In this document: positions 1-10,316 of the stretch, one piece after another | Layout: every line of letters begins with the position of its first letter | Position numbering within the stretch: position 1 is the first letter of the stretch | Source of the DNA: a virus | Lineage: Duplodnaviria > Caudoviricetes | Direction: 5' to 3' (one strand) | IMG/VR virus record: IMGVR_UViG_3300020049_010034 | Span: 1 to 64,000 of that record | Length of the DNA: 64,000 nt | Notes under the pieces: model-generated | Told to the model about the DNA's origin: nothing | The model's input: the letters and a program-made list of their open reading frames with translations, nothing else | The model's database searches: none | Program-made: the position numbers and the translations under genes

Positions 1-679
1 AGCCTTGTGGGACGGTCTGGAGTGAACACCGACAGTTCGGATGGCATCCGCATAAGCTAGGAGTATTCCCACCTTTTTTATGATAATCGCTAGTTACTTG
101 GGACATCTTAAAAGCTCTTGGTGTGACTCCGTCGTCTAGTAGGTAGAGGCGTTTGCACTCGGGACAGGTCAAATTATCCTTCATTGTTTGAAACACGATG
201 GTTGGGTCGTCCGAAGTAGAAGTTTTTTTAATATTTAAAAAACGCCCAGTGTTTCTAAACTTTGTGGCCTCAGCTTCGGAGATCAGTTTAAAATGAGACT
301 GAGCCTTTCCCATTTTTTCTTTCAAGATCTCTCCAAGATCCGTTACAGAAGCTTCTTTTTGTTTGAGCCTAGCGTCGGTCACGGCGGAGGTAAGGCTATT
401 TAAGACATCGGCCTTTGTTTTGCTTTTCAGCGATTCAACATAGTTCGAGGCCGTAAGCAAAAGATTTTTTAAAACTTCCTCTTCTTGTGGTACGGGTTTC
501 CGACCACCAATAGATTCTACGAATAAGTGGATTAGAGAATCTTCGGGAACGACGCTAATCATCACAGACTTGTCGCCTTGATTTGGTAGGTATCCCAATA
601 ACTGACGCGCCATCTGATTAAAGAAGCGATCGAGAACTTTATCTATTTGCTCTTGGATGGTAGAGCTAATACCTTTCAT
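1..679 (-). CDS. Mu gpF-like head morphogenesis / minor head protein (partial, runs off window start)
   Basis: Not in the ORF track; translated by hand from ATG at 679, which overlaps the upstream TGA (ATGA). MKGISSTIQEQIDK...KDNLTCPECKRL...LCGCHPNCRCSL. The CxxC and HPNCRC motifs are typical of gpF-like proteins, and it lies downstream of the portal. Confidence 0.8.
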   Translation of the reverse strand, partial: MKGISSTIQEQIDKVLDRFFNQMARQLLGYLPNQGDKSVMISVVPEDSLIHLFVESIGGRKPVPQEEEVLKNLLLTASNYVESLKSKTKADVLNSLTSAVTDARLKQKEASVTDLGEILKEKMGKAQSHFKLISEAEATKFRNTGRFLNIKKTSTSDDPTIVFQTMKDNLTCPECKRLYLLDDGVTPRAFKMSQVTSDYHKKGGNTPSLCGCHPNCRCSLQTVPQG

Positions 680-1227
680 TTTACTTCCAAACTCTTTCTA
701 AGCGTTTCAGACGCTTTCTTAAGGATCTCGGTATTCAAAAGTTCGTGAGTTTTTTCAACAGCAGCTCTCTCTTCCTGCTCCCACTTAGAAACAATACTGT
801 CGACAACCGATTCCTGCATATCAATCGCCTTGCGATCTTGGTGAGTCATATTCTTATATCCAGTGCTTGTCTGGTGTTTTCTAGGGGCAAAAGGACTAAC
901 TTCCTGAGCTTTCTTTAGCATCTGAACAGTTTTTACTTGCTCTAAAGCTTTTTTAATATCGCTAACATCAGGCTCAGATTTCTGGATAGCTTCTTCTAAT
1001 TGGGCAATATACTGATCAAGCTCTCCGCTCTTTTCTTGAGTGGCTTGAGGGGGTAGCTGACCACCCTGAGCGCCTTGCTGCATCATTTGCATTTGTTGTA
1101 GCTGAGTCTCAGTCTGTCCTTTATTGTATCCTTCTTCGAATCCAGTTCGATAAGCAACATCGACAGAGTTTATATATCGAGCTTTAAGGTCTAGGTATTT
1201 TGTTTTATAATCGATTCCGTCGTTCAT
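676..1227 (-). CDS. Hypothetical protein in head module (Gln-rich, coiled-coil)
   Basis: 183-aa ORF tightly coupled between the portal and gpF-like genes. Confidence 0.6.
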   Translation of the reverse strand: MNDGIDYKTKYLDLKARYINSVDVAYRTGFEEGYNKGQTETQLQQMQMMQQGAQGGQLPPQATQEKSGELDQYIAQLEEAIQKSEPDVSDIKKALEQVKTVQMLKKAQEVSPFAPRKHQTSTGYKNMTHQDRKAIDMQESVVDSIVSKWEQEERAAVEKTHELLNTEILKKASETLRKSLEVK

Positions 1228-3003
1228 TTACACTTCTCCGTCTTCATCCAAGTAGTCTTGGATATTAGTTTTTAAAATTTCTAGGGCGAAAGGCTTGGTT
1301 GCAAAATAAGCCTTGGCAGCAGCAGGGTTAGCTTGCATCATCAAGGTTACGCACTGGATCCAAAAAGGATCTCTTTTATACTTTAGCATAGGATCGGAAA
1401 GAGCGTTAGGATCTTTCATGAATTCGTACATAAGCTCACCCGCGCTTAAATACTTATCCATAATAATCTGCATTCGCTCAGAAAAAGGAAAATCCCCACC
1501 CATTCGAACAGAGATAGGTTTCTTGTCCACATCCATCAAAACCTGATTGTACGTCATGTGGATAGGCATCTCTTGCTGCAATCTGATGGCTTCTTCTTCG
1601 CGGCTTTGAGCATCCATTCCAGTCAAGCCTACGGTACAGATTTGGGCAAGTTCTGGATCTATGATTGGAAAAAGTTTTTGATTAATGAACTCTTCCATTC
1701 TTACGATCAAGGGTCTCAATCCGCCATCTCGCTCTGCCGTTAGCTTATAGCTGTTATTACTTTCGGATAGGGCTTTATTGTTCGTACCTTTGGCTAAATG
1801 TCCCATACCGGGCATTTCTTCGGGAGAAACCATGAAGGCCGTCAATATCGATCGAGATACGTTGTCGTATAGAAAAGCAAACTCACCGTCACCAGCAGAG
1901 GAAACCATCGGAGTCCAAACGGCGTTATCTTCTTGGCTGATACCTAACACTGGAACTCGAAACGCGTTAGTAGCATTGTTGATCGACGCCGTGAATTCTT
2001 GGCGAAGCATATTAAGCGTTTTCTGATCTACCTGATCGGACTTAATAACCAACATCCCTTTAGCAGCACGACCATTTTGAAAATAAAGACGATTGTACGT
2101 CTCAATATTGAGGTAAGTCGATATGGCACTGATACAAGTGTCGATTGGCGTTACTGGGTATCCGTTGTGGTTAATATCGTTTGACGGATACATATTCCAA
2201 ACTAGCATTTCCTTGTCGGTAAATGCAATTTTTGGAAATCCATCAATCGCTTGAACGTATGAGTAGCTATCGTTTTCAAATTTAGAACGGTCAAACTTTA
2301 CGCCCGTTAAATTTTCGATCTGTCTTAAGCCTGACTGACGGATTGATTCCGCTTGCTCTCCGTTTTTAACGGTTTTAAAAATAGTAGCAGCATCAACGGG
2401 TCTAAAACTATGAAATATTTTATCTTCCTGCTCGGTATTCTCATAAATAACCTCGGTCGCAAAACGACCTAGCGTTATGGCTTCGCCAACTTGCAAATAT
2501 AGAAAATCACCAAAACTTAACTGATCGTCTTCTCTGTATCCGTCGGTACGACCGCAGTTCATTAGTATTGATTCAAATTTTTCGATTCTTTTTCGGATCT
2601 TGACCATCTGGTCGGGCTTGACGTGACCTTCAAAAGCTGCCTTGATCTTTGTTTGGACACCGATATCAAAACGATCTTTTTTAATGTGGCCAAACATCGA
2701 CAATATATTGGAGCGTAATCTCTGGATATTGGCAACTAAACTGTTCTGAACTCGTATTTTTTTAATTAAAAAATCTGGAACAAGATCGTTTTTATTACGA
2801 TAAATACCTGCCCAATTATTCGTGTTCATTGGGTCTTCGGTAAACGCAATACGAGGAGCCTTGTCTTTTGCGCTATCTTCTTGCTTTAATTGATTCAGCA
2901 AAGAATCGAACGCACTACGCTCGGCTTTATTCAAGGTTTGCTCGTCGCCCGAAACTTCAGGCAAAGCCGATAAAAAGACAGTTTGTTTTTTTTGTTCTTC
3001 CAT
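1228..3003 (-). CDS. Phage portal protein
   Basis: 591 aa; FRPVDAATI, GYPVTPID, YFQNGRAAKGML, AFMVSPEEMPG and GLRPLIVRMEEFINQKL match portal-family segments; located next to terminase. Confidence 0.85.
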   Translation of the reverse strand: MEEQKKQTVFLSALPEVSGDEQTLNKAERSAFDSLLNQLKQEDSAKDKAPRIAFTEDPMNTNNWAGIYRNKNDLVPDFLIKKIRVQNSLVANIQRLRSNILSMFGHIKKDRFDIGVQTKIKAAFEGHVKPDQMVKIRKRIEKFESILMNCGRTDGYREDDQLSFGDFLYLQVGEAITLGRFATEVIYENTEQEDKIFHSFRPVDAATIFKTVKNGEQAESIRQSGLRQIENLTGVKFDRSKFENDSYSYVQAIDGFPKIAFTDKEMLVWNMYPSNDINHNGYPVTPIDTCISAISTYLNIETYNRLYFQNGRAAKGMLVIKSDQVDQKTLNMLRQEFTASINNATNAFRVPVLGISQEDNAVWTPMVSSAGDGEFAFLYDNVSRSILTAFMVSPEEMPGMGHLAKGTNNKALSESNNSYKLTAERDGGLRPLIVRMEEFINQKLFPIIDPELAQICTVGLTGMDAQSREEEAIRLQQEMPIHMTYNQVLMDVDKKPISVRMGGDFPFSERMQIIMDKYLSAGELMYEFMKDPNALSDPMLKYKRDPFWIQCVTLMMQANPAAAKAYFATKPFALEILKTNIQDYLDEDGEV

Positions 3004-3941
3004 TATTCCACCGAGGCAAAATATAAGCTTGCGGTACTAGACCCCATATTAATTACTTCTAAAGACCAAATAGTAGATTTCTTGAGAAGCATTCCGTTTG
3101 ATTTGCATCCATCGCTATTAAAAGGCTCGATATCAGATTCGGCTGTGCCGTTCACGATCAAAGACACTCGCTCGCTTGTCTCAAGATAAATAAGGTTTTT
3201 CGCAGCTGAGTATATAACCAAAGAATCCGTAGTTTCTGTTTCCGCTGGAAGGGCACTTCCAGAGTAGAATTCTACCAAATTATCTTGCACAGCAGTAATA
3301 GAATAGTTCCCTTGAATTACGGCAGAGAACCCTCCAAAAATACGAAGAACATCCCCAACTTGAACTCCACCAGCACTATAAATTCGAACTTCGTTTAAAA
3401 AATCAGCACCTAAAGTAACAGTCTCAGCAACGGAAGCTGCGTTTACAAAAGAGATAGAAGTGGCAGTAACCGCGATAAGCTGGTATCGTCCACGGTTAGC
3501 GGCGTTAAAAGCGGTTCCAATCGAAACGTAATCGCCAACAACGACGTTACCGACTAGAAAGTCAAAAGCAGTTCCGCCGATAGACGTCAGCGTCGTGACG
3601 GTAGCGTTTTTGGTAACCTGAACCTGAGTGGTCGCGTCCGCGCCTGTTGAGCGAGGCGTTCTGAAGTCTGGAGCCGTACCGCTTAAGTATTCTAAAACGT
3701 AAGTATTGGTAGTACCTGATTTTAAGTAGACGTCGTACTCGGTCGTATTATCTTGGCCTAAAGTTCTAGTTCCAGAAAATAAAACACGACTTTCTCCAGC
3801 GGCTAAAGAGAACTCTAAACTTTCAGCTTTTTCCGTAGGGATACCCTGAGCTTGACGCTCCCACTTAAACACGTTAAGGGATGGGTTGGTAGTTGCCGAC
3901 TTGTCGCGGTAACTTTGCAAAAAAATTAAATAGTTCAGCAT
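3003..3941 (-). CDS. Putative virion structural protein (beta-rich)
   Basis: 312 aa, rich in T/V/G/S, between terminase and portal. Confidence 0.55.
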   Translation of the reverse strand: MLNYLIFLQSYRDKSATTNPSLNVFKWERQAQGIPTEKAESLEFSLAAGESRVLFSGTRTLGQDNTTEYDVYLKSGTTNTYVLEYLSGTAPDFRTPRSTGADATTQVQVTKNATVTTLTSIGGTAFDFLVGNVVVGDYVSIGTAFNAANRGRYQLIAVTATSISFVNAASVAETVTLGADFLNEVRIYSAGGVQVGDVLRIFGGFSAVIQGNYSITAVQDNLVEFYSGSALPAETETTDSLVIYSAAKNLIYLETSERVSLIVNGTAESDIEPFNSDGCKSNGMLLKKSTIWSLEVINMGSSTASLYFASVE

Positions 3942-3994
3942 TATAAATCCTTGTTTTTATTGAGTTTTTTAAAAACAAACTCCTGTATAGCATT

Positions 3995-4022
3995 AAAGAT
4001 TGTCATTAATGAAATAGTATCA
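3995..4022 (-). promoter_or_regulatory. Putative promoter: TGATACTAT (4022-4014) followed by AATCTTT (4001-3995)
   Basis: The same two motifs occur in the same order at 52102-52073, upstream of the tail fibre gene. Confidence 0.5.
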
Positions 4023-4031
4023 TCAAAATCT

Positions 4032-5891
4032 TTAAAAAGAGAAAAAGATACCTTTCTTTTCCTCTTTATCCTCGTCGTCTGGGATCTCTTCAGGATTTGA
4101 AACCGACTGTCTAAGCTTGGCTTTAAAAGCCTGATTGTTAAGCTCCTGTATTCTTTCCGAAAGATCCCCAGTAAAGGTTTGTCCGACTTTTAATTCGGTA
4201 GCCATGGACGGAACCCCTCCTTTGAAGCCGTAAATATTTTGGGCAAGATATCGGATACTATCGCAAATATCAGACCAAGCTTTACCATCATCTGGGTGCT
4301 GAGTAGGATTACCCAGAGAGTCGAGCTTGAAATGGTGTTTTCTAAAACCCTCTAAAACGATCTCTGTACGATCGTGCTTTATGACTTTTAATTTTCTAGA
4401 TCCCGAAGAATCCAAAATCATCTTTCTAGTGGACTCAATTCCAGCCATGACATCTTTATCAAATTTAGCGCAAGCCATTCCGTTCTTTTTAAACGCTTTG
4501 ATGAAAGCGGGCTGGTTGGTATCCATAAACCATTTGACTGGATTGTACTCGTCCCTAATAGTCATACCAAGCTTTAGCACGTCATCAAACTCAAGATCGG
4601 GAATAGCGTAAGCATCGATAATCCACCACTTTCCAAGCGGAAGGGCTGCGCTAACCACGAAAGCCTGAGAAGCGGTCGACCCCCAGTCTCCACTAACGTA
4701 AATAGGGATCTTAAGCTCTTTTAGTTTTGCGACCAATTCTTTTAGAGAAGCTCCTTTTGTTTCTTCCCCTAAAAGCTCAAAAAAAGCTTGATCTATAGAT
4801 ATCACATTTTCGTTTTCGCTAAAGCGAGGGTAAACTAAACCCGACTGAGATGGGCGTCGGCATAGAAGCTGAGCTGTGGCCATGTCTGGGGACATGGACT
4901 TAAACATATTGATAGTATGATCTATTTTTTTCCACAACATACCTTGGTCTTTAGGTGACCGATGGGCAAGCCTTGTTTTGCATTGACTCAAAAGCTTACA
5001 GGATGAGCATCCGCCATAAGCTTCGATAGCCTCATATTGTTTTCGCTCGGAAGAAGTTAGATCGTCGTATTCTTTCTGGGATAAATTTTTTAAAGGAGGT
5101 TCTGGGTGGATGTACCTAACCTCTTTGGTTTCTGGTTTGTGCCGAGAAGGAGGACAGTATTCTGTAACGTCTAGAATATCCCATTTTAAAAGCTTTAAGC
5201 CCATCTCTTCTCTTTTTTGAATTAAAAGCTCCATCTGCCCGAAAGCAAACTTTCGAGTGCTAAGATATAGTTTTAAAGGAAACTGATTTCCAATTAGAGA
5301 GGCTACGGCTTGAACCTCATCTAATACTCGGGGATCTCTTATCAAATCGACTTCGTCACACAGGGTTAAATTAACGTGTTTTCCGTTAACTGACGCCATG
5401 GTTGCGACTAAGATATTGATCTGAGATCTTTTTCCCTGACTATCTACAAGCTCTAAATTTCGAGCGTTACTTGATTCCAAGATTCTTTTATGGAATTCTA
5501 GGTAAGGCTTTAGTTTCTGAATAAACGATTGAATATTATTCAATGCAATTTTTGATTGGGGCTCAATGGACGCAAGCCAGCAAATCGAGGCGTTAAAAAA
5601 AACCAGCGCAACGACAGCGAAGACGGACGCACCAAGCGTTTTACCAGCGTCTCGCGCCGATAGTAGAATATACCCCGGTGTCACATCCCCCGAATTATCC
5701 AAGTATGTTTTATAAGAAAGCCAAACGGATTCCATAGGACTCGAATTAGAGCCCTCCCCGTCAAGATGCGTATCGGGAAGATCCAGCCCTAAAAAAGCAG
5801 ATATCCAGTTTCTTAGATCTTCCTTTGTTTCAGGACGATTTAAAAAAATTTTAGCTTTTAGGCTTTCGATATCCGTTAGACCTTCCATCAA
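4032..5891 (-). CDS. terL: Terminase large subunit
   Basis: Walker A SARDAGKT, Walker B LTLCDEVD, C-motif LSTR, nuclease motifs VSGDWG and SDICDSIRY. Confidence 0.9.
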   Translation of the reverse strand: MMEGLTDIESLKAKIFLNRPETKEDLRNWISAFLGLDLPDTHLDGEGSNSSPMESVWLSYKTYLDNSGDVTPGYILLSARDAGKTLGASVFAVVALVFFNASICWLASIEPQSKIALNNIQSFIQKLKPYLEFHKRILESSNARNLELVDSQGKRSQINILVATMASVNGKHVNLTLCDEVDLIRDPRVLDEVQAVASLIGNQFPLKLYLSTRKFAFGQMELLIQKREEMGLKLLKWDILDVTEYCPPSRHKPETKEVRYIHPEPPLKNLSQKEYDDLTSSERKQYEAIEAYGGCSSCKLLSQCKTRLAHRSPKDQGMLWKKIDHTINMFKSMSPDMATAQLLCRRPSQSGLVYPRFSENENVISIDQAFFELLGEETKGASLKELVAKLKELKIPIYVSGDWGSTASQAFVVSAALPLGKWWIIDAYAIPDLEFDDVLKLGMTIRDEYNPVKWFMDTNQPAFIKAFKKNGMACAKFDKDVMAGIESTRKMILDSSGSRKLKVIKHDRTEIVLEGFRKHHFKLDSLGNPTQHPDDGKAWSDICDSIRYLAQNIYGFKGGVPSMATELKVGQTFTGDLSERIQELNNQAFKAKLRQSVSNPEEIPDDEDKEEKKGIFFSF

Positions 5892-7654
5892 ATCCTTTCG
5901 TTAGCTTCGTTCTTTTGGAAAGCGACATTTTCAATAGAGTCCTTAATATGTTTCTCCTCTTCGAACTCGTCGTAATCTTTGTTCGGATCTCTAGGGTAGC
6001 AAACAACTCCGCCGCAGGTCCCCATGACGACCGCAACAGAAAGAGCATTTTTCAAAGCTTCTTCTACCGCAGCCGTAGAATCAAACAGACCAAGCTCTAA
6101 AGCGGTTCCGAATTTTCCTTCGGACACGTCGTAAACCTGATTAGGGTTTTCGATTAGCTTACTCACGATATCCCCCGACTCGCCGTCGTTATACCCTGCG
6201 TTCTCTAGAATCTTCTGGATCGGGGTCATCAGAGAAGGAATCAAAACTTGTTTTACATGGATTGGATGGTCGCCCTTTTGAACCATGATCGTAAGATCTA
6301 TCAAGGTGCGGCAACCGCCCTCTAATACCCCTCGGGTGATAGCGGATCTGACCGAGAGGACTGCGTCTTCAACTCGATCTACCATTTCTTTGAGTTCACC
6401 ACTAGAGCCGCCGTACACGGTAATTTTTGCAATCCCTGAAGTAAGCTTCCCAATGCGCTCGTCAAGCCACATACTTTCAGCTACCGATTCTGGATTTTTT
6501 CTTTGCGTCTGAAGCTGTTCTACGCGAACCTCGATATTGGTAACGTCTGGGTCACCAACGATTGTGCTTCTAAACCGACTAGATTCAAAACTGGTCGAGG
6601 TTCCTAGATCTTTTATCTGAGCTTTAGCAACGCTATCCTTTAAACCAAACACTTTCGCGTTGGTAAAGGCTGCTAGATCGTACAAGAAATGGGTTTGCGC
6701 ATTTAAAAAACCAGCTTTGGGAGTCATAATAGGAACTACATTGATAGTTTCAGGATTGGCAAAATTGAAAGCCAAATTGGTAAGAACCGACTCGCTAAAA
6801 GAATGGGCAAAAATTACGATATTCTTGTGATCGACCGATCCGTTTGCGTAGGTCTCTCCAACGGCCTCTAGGATACGGTGTACGCTCATAAGATCGGATA
6901 GCTGTCCGTCAATCAGCAAGTAAAGGGGTTTCTCGACATAGCAACGCTGGTTGGTCACATCGTTAATAAAAGCATTTTGAAGTTTTCCCGTAGACTCTTC
7001 CAACCCAATACTAATAGGGTATCCCTCAACAACTGAAACCTCGTAGCCATAAGGCCCTGACAGTTCTTTGATCGTTACATGGGAGGAATTGGAATATCCA
7101 ATAAGGTCAAAAGCTTTTAAAACCGCTTCGGCAATATCGTCGTCACCATTCGCTGAAATTTTTGCAACTTGGTACAGAAGACTGTCGTTTTCTCCAAACA
7201 CAATTTTCGTAGCTTTTTCTTTGATATAGGGTACTAGATCGTTTCGAACTACTTTTGATACATCTCTAGCTACACGCTGGGGGCTTAGGCGAGGGTTATC
7301 TTCGCAAACCTGATATAAATAAGTTGTCATCGCAGCGGCTAGGACGGTCGCAGAAGTCGTTCCATCACCAGCTTCTGTAGCGGTTCTATTGGCGGCATCT
7401 CTTGAGTGCTCGATAATAAGATGCTCAAAAGGGTCTTTTGACCCCAAAGAACGAAATACCGATACGCCATCTTTTGTTGACTTTGAAGGAATCTCGTTGA
7501 AATCCGACTCGATAAGACAGTTTCTGCCGTGAGGCCCCATGGTTGAACCGACAATAGCTGAAATCTTATTCAGTGTCGTTAGCACTTTGTGTTTGATAAC
7601 TGTTGGGTTCGAAATAAAAATTTTTGATGCTGTTTTAGCTTTTCCGCTCGTCAT
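5888..7654 (-). CDS. groEL: GroEL-like (Cpn60) chaperonin
   Basis: TMGPHGRN, STKDGVSV, AGDGTTSAT, ISANGD, ERIGKL, RVEDAV and GVLEGG are Cpn60 signatures. Confidence 0.93.
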   Translation of the reverse strand: MTSGKAKTASKIFISNPTVIKHKVLTTLNKISAIVGSTMGPHGRNCLIESDFNEIPSKSTKDGVSVFRSLGSKDPFEHLIIEHSRDAANRTATEAGDGTTSATVLAAAMTTYLYQVCEDNPRLSPQRVARDVSKVVRNDLVPYIKEKATKIVFGENDSLLYQVAKISANGDDDIAEAVLKAFDLIGYSNSSHVTIKELSGPYGYEVSVVEGYPISIGLEESTGKLQNAFINDVTNQRCYVEKPLYLLIDGQLSDLMSVHRILEAVGETYANGSVDHKNIVIFAHSFSESVLTNLAFNFANPETINVVPIMTPKAGFLNAQTHFLYDLAAFTNAKVFGLKDSVAKAQIKDLGTSTSFESSRFRSTIVGDPDVTNIEVRVEQLQTQRKNPESVAESMWLDERIGKLTSGIAKITVYGGSSGELKEMVDRVEDAVLSVRSAITRGVLEGGCRTLIDLTIMVQKGDHPIHVKQVLIPSLMTPIQKILENAGYNDGESGDIVSKLIENPNQVYDVSEGKFGTALELGLFDSTAAVEEALKNALSVAVVMGTCGGVVCYPRDPNKDYDEFEEEKHIKDSIENVAFQKNEANERI

Positions 7655-7666
7655 AAGTCTCCATTG

Positions 7667-7703
7667 TGATATAGTTTAAACAGGTACTGCTTATATAGTA
7701 TCA
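7667..7703. promoter_or_regulatory. Divergent extended -10 promoters: TGATATAGT (+, 7667-7675) and TGATACTAT (-, 7703-7695)
   Basis: Both motifs lie in the 61-bp gap between divergent groEL and helicase genes. Confidence 0.5.
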
Positions 7704-7715
7704 CGAAAGGTTTAA

Positions 7716-9272
7716 ATGGAAGCTTGCATAATAACGCCGTCTATGGCAGAAGTCTACGGAACTCAAGAGGAATTTATAAGCCTAGCTAAGAGGCTGTCTT
7801 ATATCAACGAGGCATTAAAATTCCAAAAGAAGAAGATTTCCGAAAACCATTGGTGGAAGAAGACGAACCCAGAAGGCTGGCAGGCTGCAATGGATAAGAT
7901 TGAAGAAGACTCCAAGGGGTGTCTTTTATTTTTTAACCCTGAAATGGAAGAAGCGTGGGGGGTAAACAAATTTGGCTACGGGGATGTCGCCTTCGTTAGA
8001 ACGGGATCACTAGCCTACCTAGATGATGTAAAAATTATACGGAACGATATAAAGTACCCGAAAGCCAAAGGCTACAAAATGGTCAACCCGCTTCCTTTCG
8101 AGCTTTACTCATATCAAAAAGAAGCGGTTCAAAAATTGATCGATGTAAAACATGGTAATGTCAGTATCGCCACGGGACTAGGGAAGACGGCGATCTTGAT
8201 CAAACTAACCGAACATTACGGGCTCAAGACAGTTATCGTAACCCCTTTCGCATCTATTTTTAGGCAGATGCTAAAAGAGTTCCAACACCATTTTGGCAAA
8301 GATATGGTTGGAGGGTACGGGGACGGGCTAAAACAATTTAAAAAACCAATCACTATAACTGTCGCCAAATCTCTCACAACCCTTGAGAAAGACGCGTATG
8401 AGAAAGACTCGTATGAGAAAGAGTTGGAAATCTACAATCACTTTGCCAGCTGTGAGTTCTTGGGTTTTGATGAAAGTCATTTAACTGGAGCCGCGACATT
8501 GGAGAAGATTTGTTTTAATGTTTTAAAAAATATACCCTACCGAGTGTTTGTGTCTGGTACTCAGCTTCGAAACGATGGTAAGGATAAGGTTTTGGAAAGC
8601 ATCATCGGGAAAGAGGTGATCGAGGTCAGCACTAAATTCGGTGTAGATAACGGATACCTATGTAATCATTCGTTTAAAATAGTTCCAACCGCAGCGTCCA
8701 AGAATGCAGGGGTCTCCTCGGATCCTATGACGGTTATGCGCGAGCAATTTTTATACAATGAAAATATAGCTGATTGGATTGGGAATTTTTGCAACGCGGT
8801 GGTAACTCAGCGAAATCAAAAGGTTTTAATCTTAATATCAGAATTATCTCAACTGTACGAACTTGGGAAGAGGATAAAGGTTCCGTTTACTTACGCTACG
8901 GCTGCTAGTAAAAAAGATATGGATCTCATAAAATTTCCCAAAAAAGATATAGCGGAAGCCATTGAGGAGTTTGATACCAATAAGGCTCAGGTACTAATCG
9001 GGTCTTCTTGTATCAATACGGGGGTTAATATCTACTCCGCACATCACACGATCGGCTGGAACGGAACGGGCTCCGAGATTACGACGCGTCAGGGGGTAGT
9101 TGGACGTAGTGTTAGGATCCTTGAAAACTCTAAATACAAAGACTTAAATCCTCCCAAGCCTCACGTTCATATCTGGGACTTTCAAGTATTGGGAATTCCT
9201 CTATTAAAATCACAGCTAATGAAACGGATACGATACTATGAACTTAGTGGTACACCAATTGAATGGTTATAG
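7716..9272 (+). CDS. Superfamily 2 DNA/RNA helicase (UvsW/DEAD-like)
   Basis: YSYQ Q-motif, ATGLGKT, DESH, SGT, NTGVNI, QGVVGRSVR. Confidence 0.9.
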   Translation: MEACIITPSMAEVYGTQEEFISLAKRLSYINEALKFQKKKISENHWWKKTNPEGWQAAMDKIEEDSKGCLLFFNPEMEEAWGVNKFGYGDVAFVRTGSLAYLDDVKIIRNDIKYPKAKGYKMVNPLPFELYSYQKEAVQKLIDVKHGNVSIATGLGKTAILIKLTEHYGLKTVIVTPFASIFRQMLKEFQHHFGKDMVGGYGDGLKQFKKPITITVAKSLTTLEKDAYEKDSYEKELEIYNHFASCEFLGFDESHLTGAATLEKICFNVLKNIPYRVFVSGTQLRNDGKDKVLESIIGKEVIEVSTKFGVDNGYLCNHSFKIVPTAASKNAGVSSDPMTVMREQFLYNENIADWIGNFCNAVVTQRNQKVLILISELSQLYELGKRIKVPFTYATAASKKDMDLIKFPKKDIAEAIEEFDTNKAQVLIGSSCINTGVNIYSAHHTIGWNGTGSEITTRQGVVGRSVRILENSKYKDLNPPKPHVHIWDFQVLGIPLLKSQLMKRIRYYELSGTPIEWL

Positions 9273-9287
9273 CCACGAAGGAGTTTC

Positions 9288-10316
9288 ATGGCAGACCAGC
9301 ATCAGTACGACCCGAACTTAAAGTTACTAGCCCAGCAATTGACAAAAGATCTGGTTACTTCTATTGATTTTTCCCAAAGGGATTCGGTCAAAAAAATGAC
9401 CGACGCCGAGGAAAGTTTTAGAAAAGCCGTCATCAGATCTTCGCAGGCTCATGCAATATACGCACAATTTATCATAGATATCGCGGTACATCGAAAAAAC
9501 CGACTTGCTGCGAAGCCCTACTTTAGAGAGAAAGCTCCCGTGTTTAGTAAAAAAATAACCCCAGCTATTAAAAATGGTGACGTCAAAGCTTTACAGCAAT
9601 TCCATATCAATTACAATCTGGTTTCCTACATCAAGAAAAACTGGAAAGGGTCTTTGCCAAAAATAGCGCAAACCCATTACAACAAGATTGTTTACTACCG
9701 TAATGAAATCATTAAGCATAACATACCTTTAGCTATCAATAGAGCTAAGATTTTCTACAAAAAAGTTCCCAAAAGTTACCTGACGCTAATGGATATGGTT
9801 TCGATTGCCAATATGGGTCTAGTCTCTGGTGTAGATAAGTTTGTCGGAGACTGGAGCAAAGTATTTAATGGGGTTTGTATCGGCAGGATGGTAGGTAATT
9901 TGATCGCAGGGTATAGCGACACTATGCTATACTTATACCCAAGCGATCGCGCTTTGCTGTATCGAGCGAACGCTCTAAGGAATCGATTGAAGCTTGAGAC
10001 AATGGAGGATCTTACCAAGGCCATCAACGAAAGCTACGTTGAGGATAGAAAAAACGGAATAAAAACACCCTTTAAAAAGGTTACCGTCGCTGCCGTTTCC
10101 CACGTTTTACAAGCTGCGTCCCCTGTTAGCACCCACCAGACAAAAACGAACGAGGAAGGTGATACATTGGATGTAAACGTGTCCGCTTACTGTTCTGACG
10201 AGGACGTTGAAAAGAATGCTCTTGACAAGGACTTACGCGAAAAAACAGCGACAGCTTTAAAACAGATCGATATAATTCATCAAAAAGTAATAAAATTACG
10301 AGGAGTTAGCTTATGA
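9288..10316 (+). CDS. Phage sigma70-family sigma factor (regions 2, 3 and 4.1; no region 4.2)
   Basis: RNEIIKHNIPLAINRAKIF (2.1), LTLMDMVSIANMGLVSGVDKF (2.2), ETMEDLTKAIN and AASPVS (3), LREKTATALKQIDIIHQKVIKLRG (4.1), then stop. Confidence 0.8.
   Translation: MADQHQYDPNLKLLAQQLTKDLVTSIDFSQRDSVKKMTDAEESFRKAVIRSSQAHAIYAQFIIDIAVHRKNRLAAKPYFREKAPVFSKKITPAIKNGDVKALQQFHINYNLVSYIKKNWKGSLPKIAQTHYNKIVYYRNEIIKHNIPLAINRAKIFYKKVPKSYLTLMDMVSIANMGLVSGVDKFVGDWSKVFNGVCIGRMVGNLIAGYSDTMLYLYPSDRALLYRANALRNRLKLETMEDLTKAINESYVEDRKNGIKTPFKKVTVAAVSHVLQAASPVSTHQTKTNEEGDTLDVNVSAYCSDEDVEKNALDKDLREKTATALKQIDIIHQKVIKLRGVSL

Noticed and set aside
4027-4033. AATCTTT on the plus strand at the end of terL
   Set aside because: It points antisense into terL with no downstream gene; probably chance, and a reminder that this AT-rich motif needs statistical testing.
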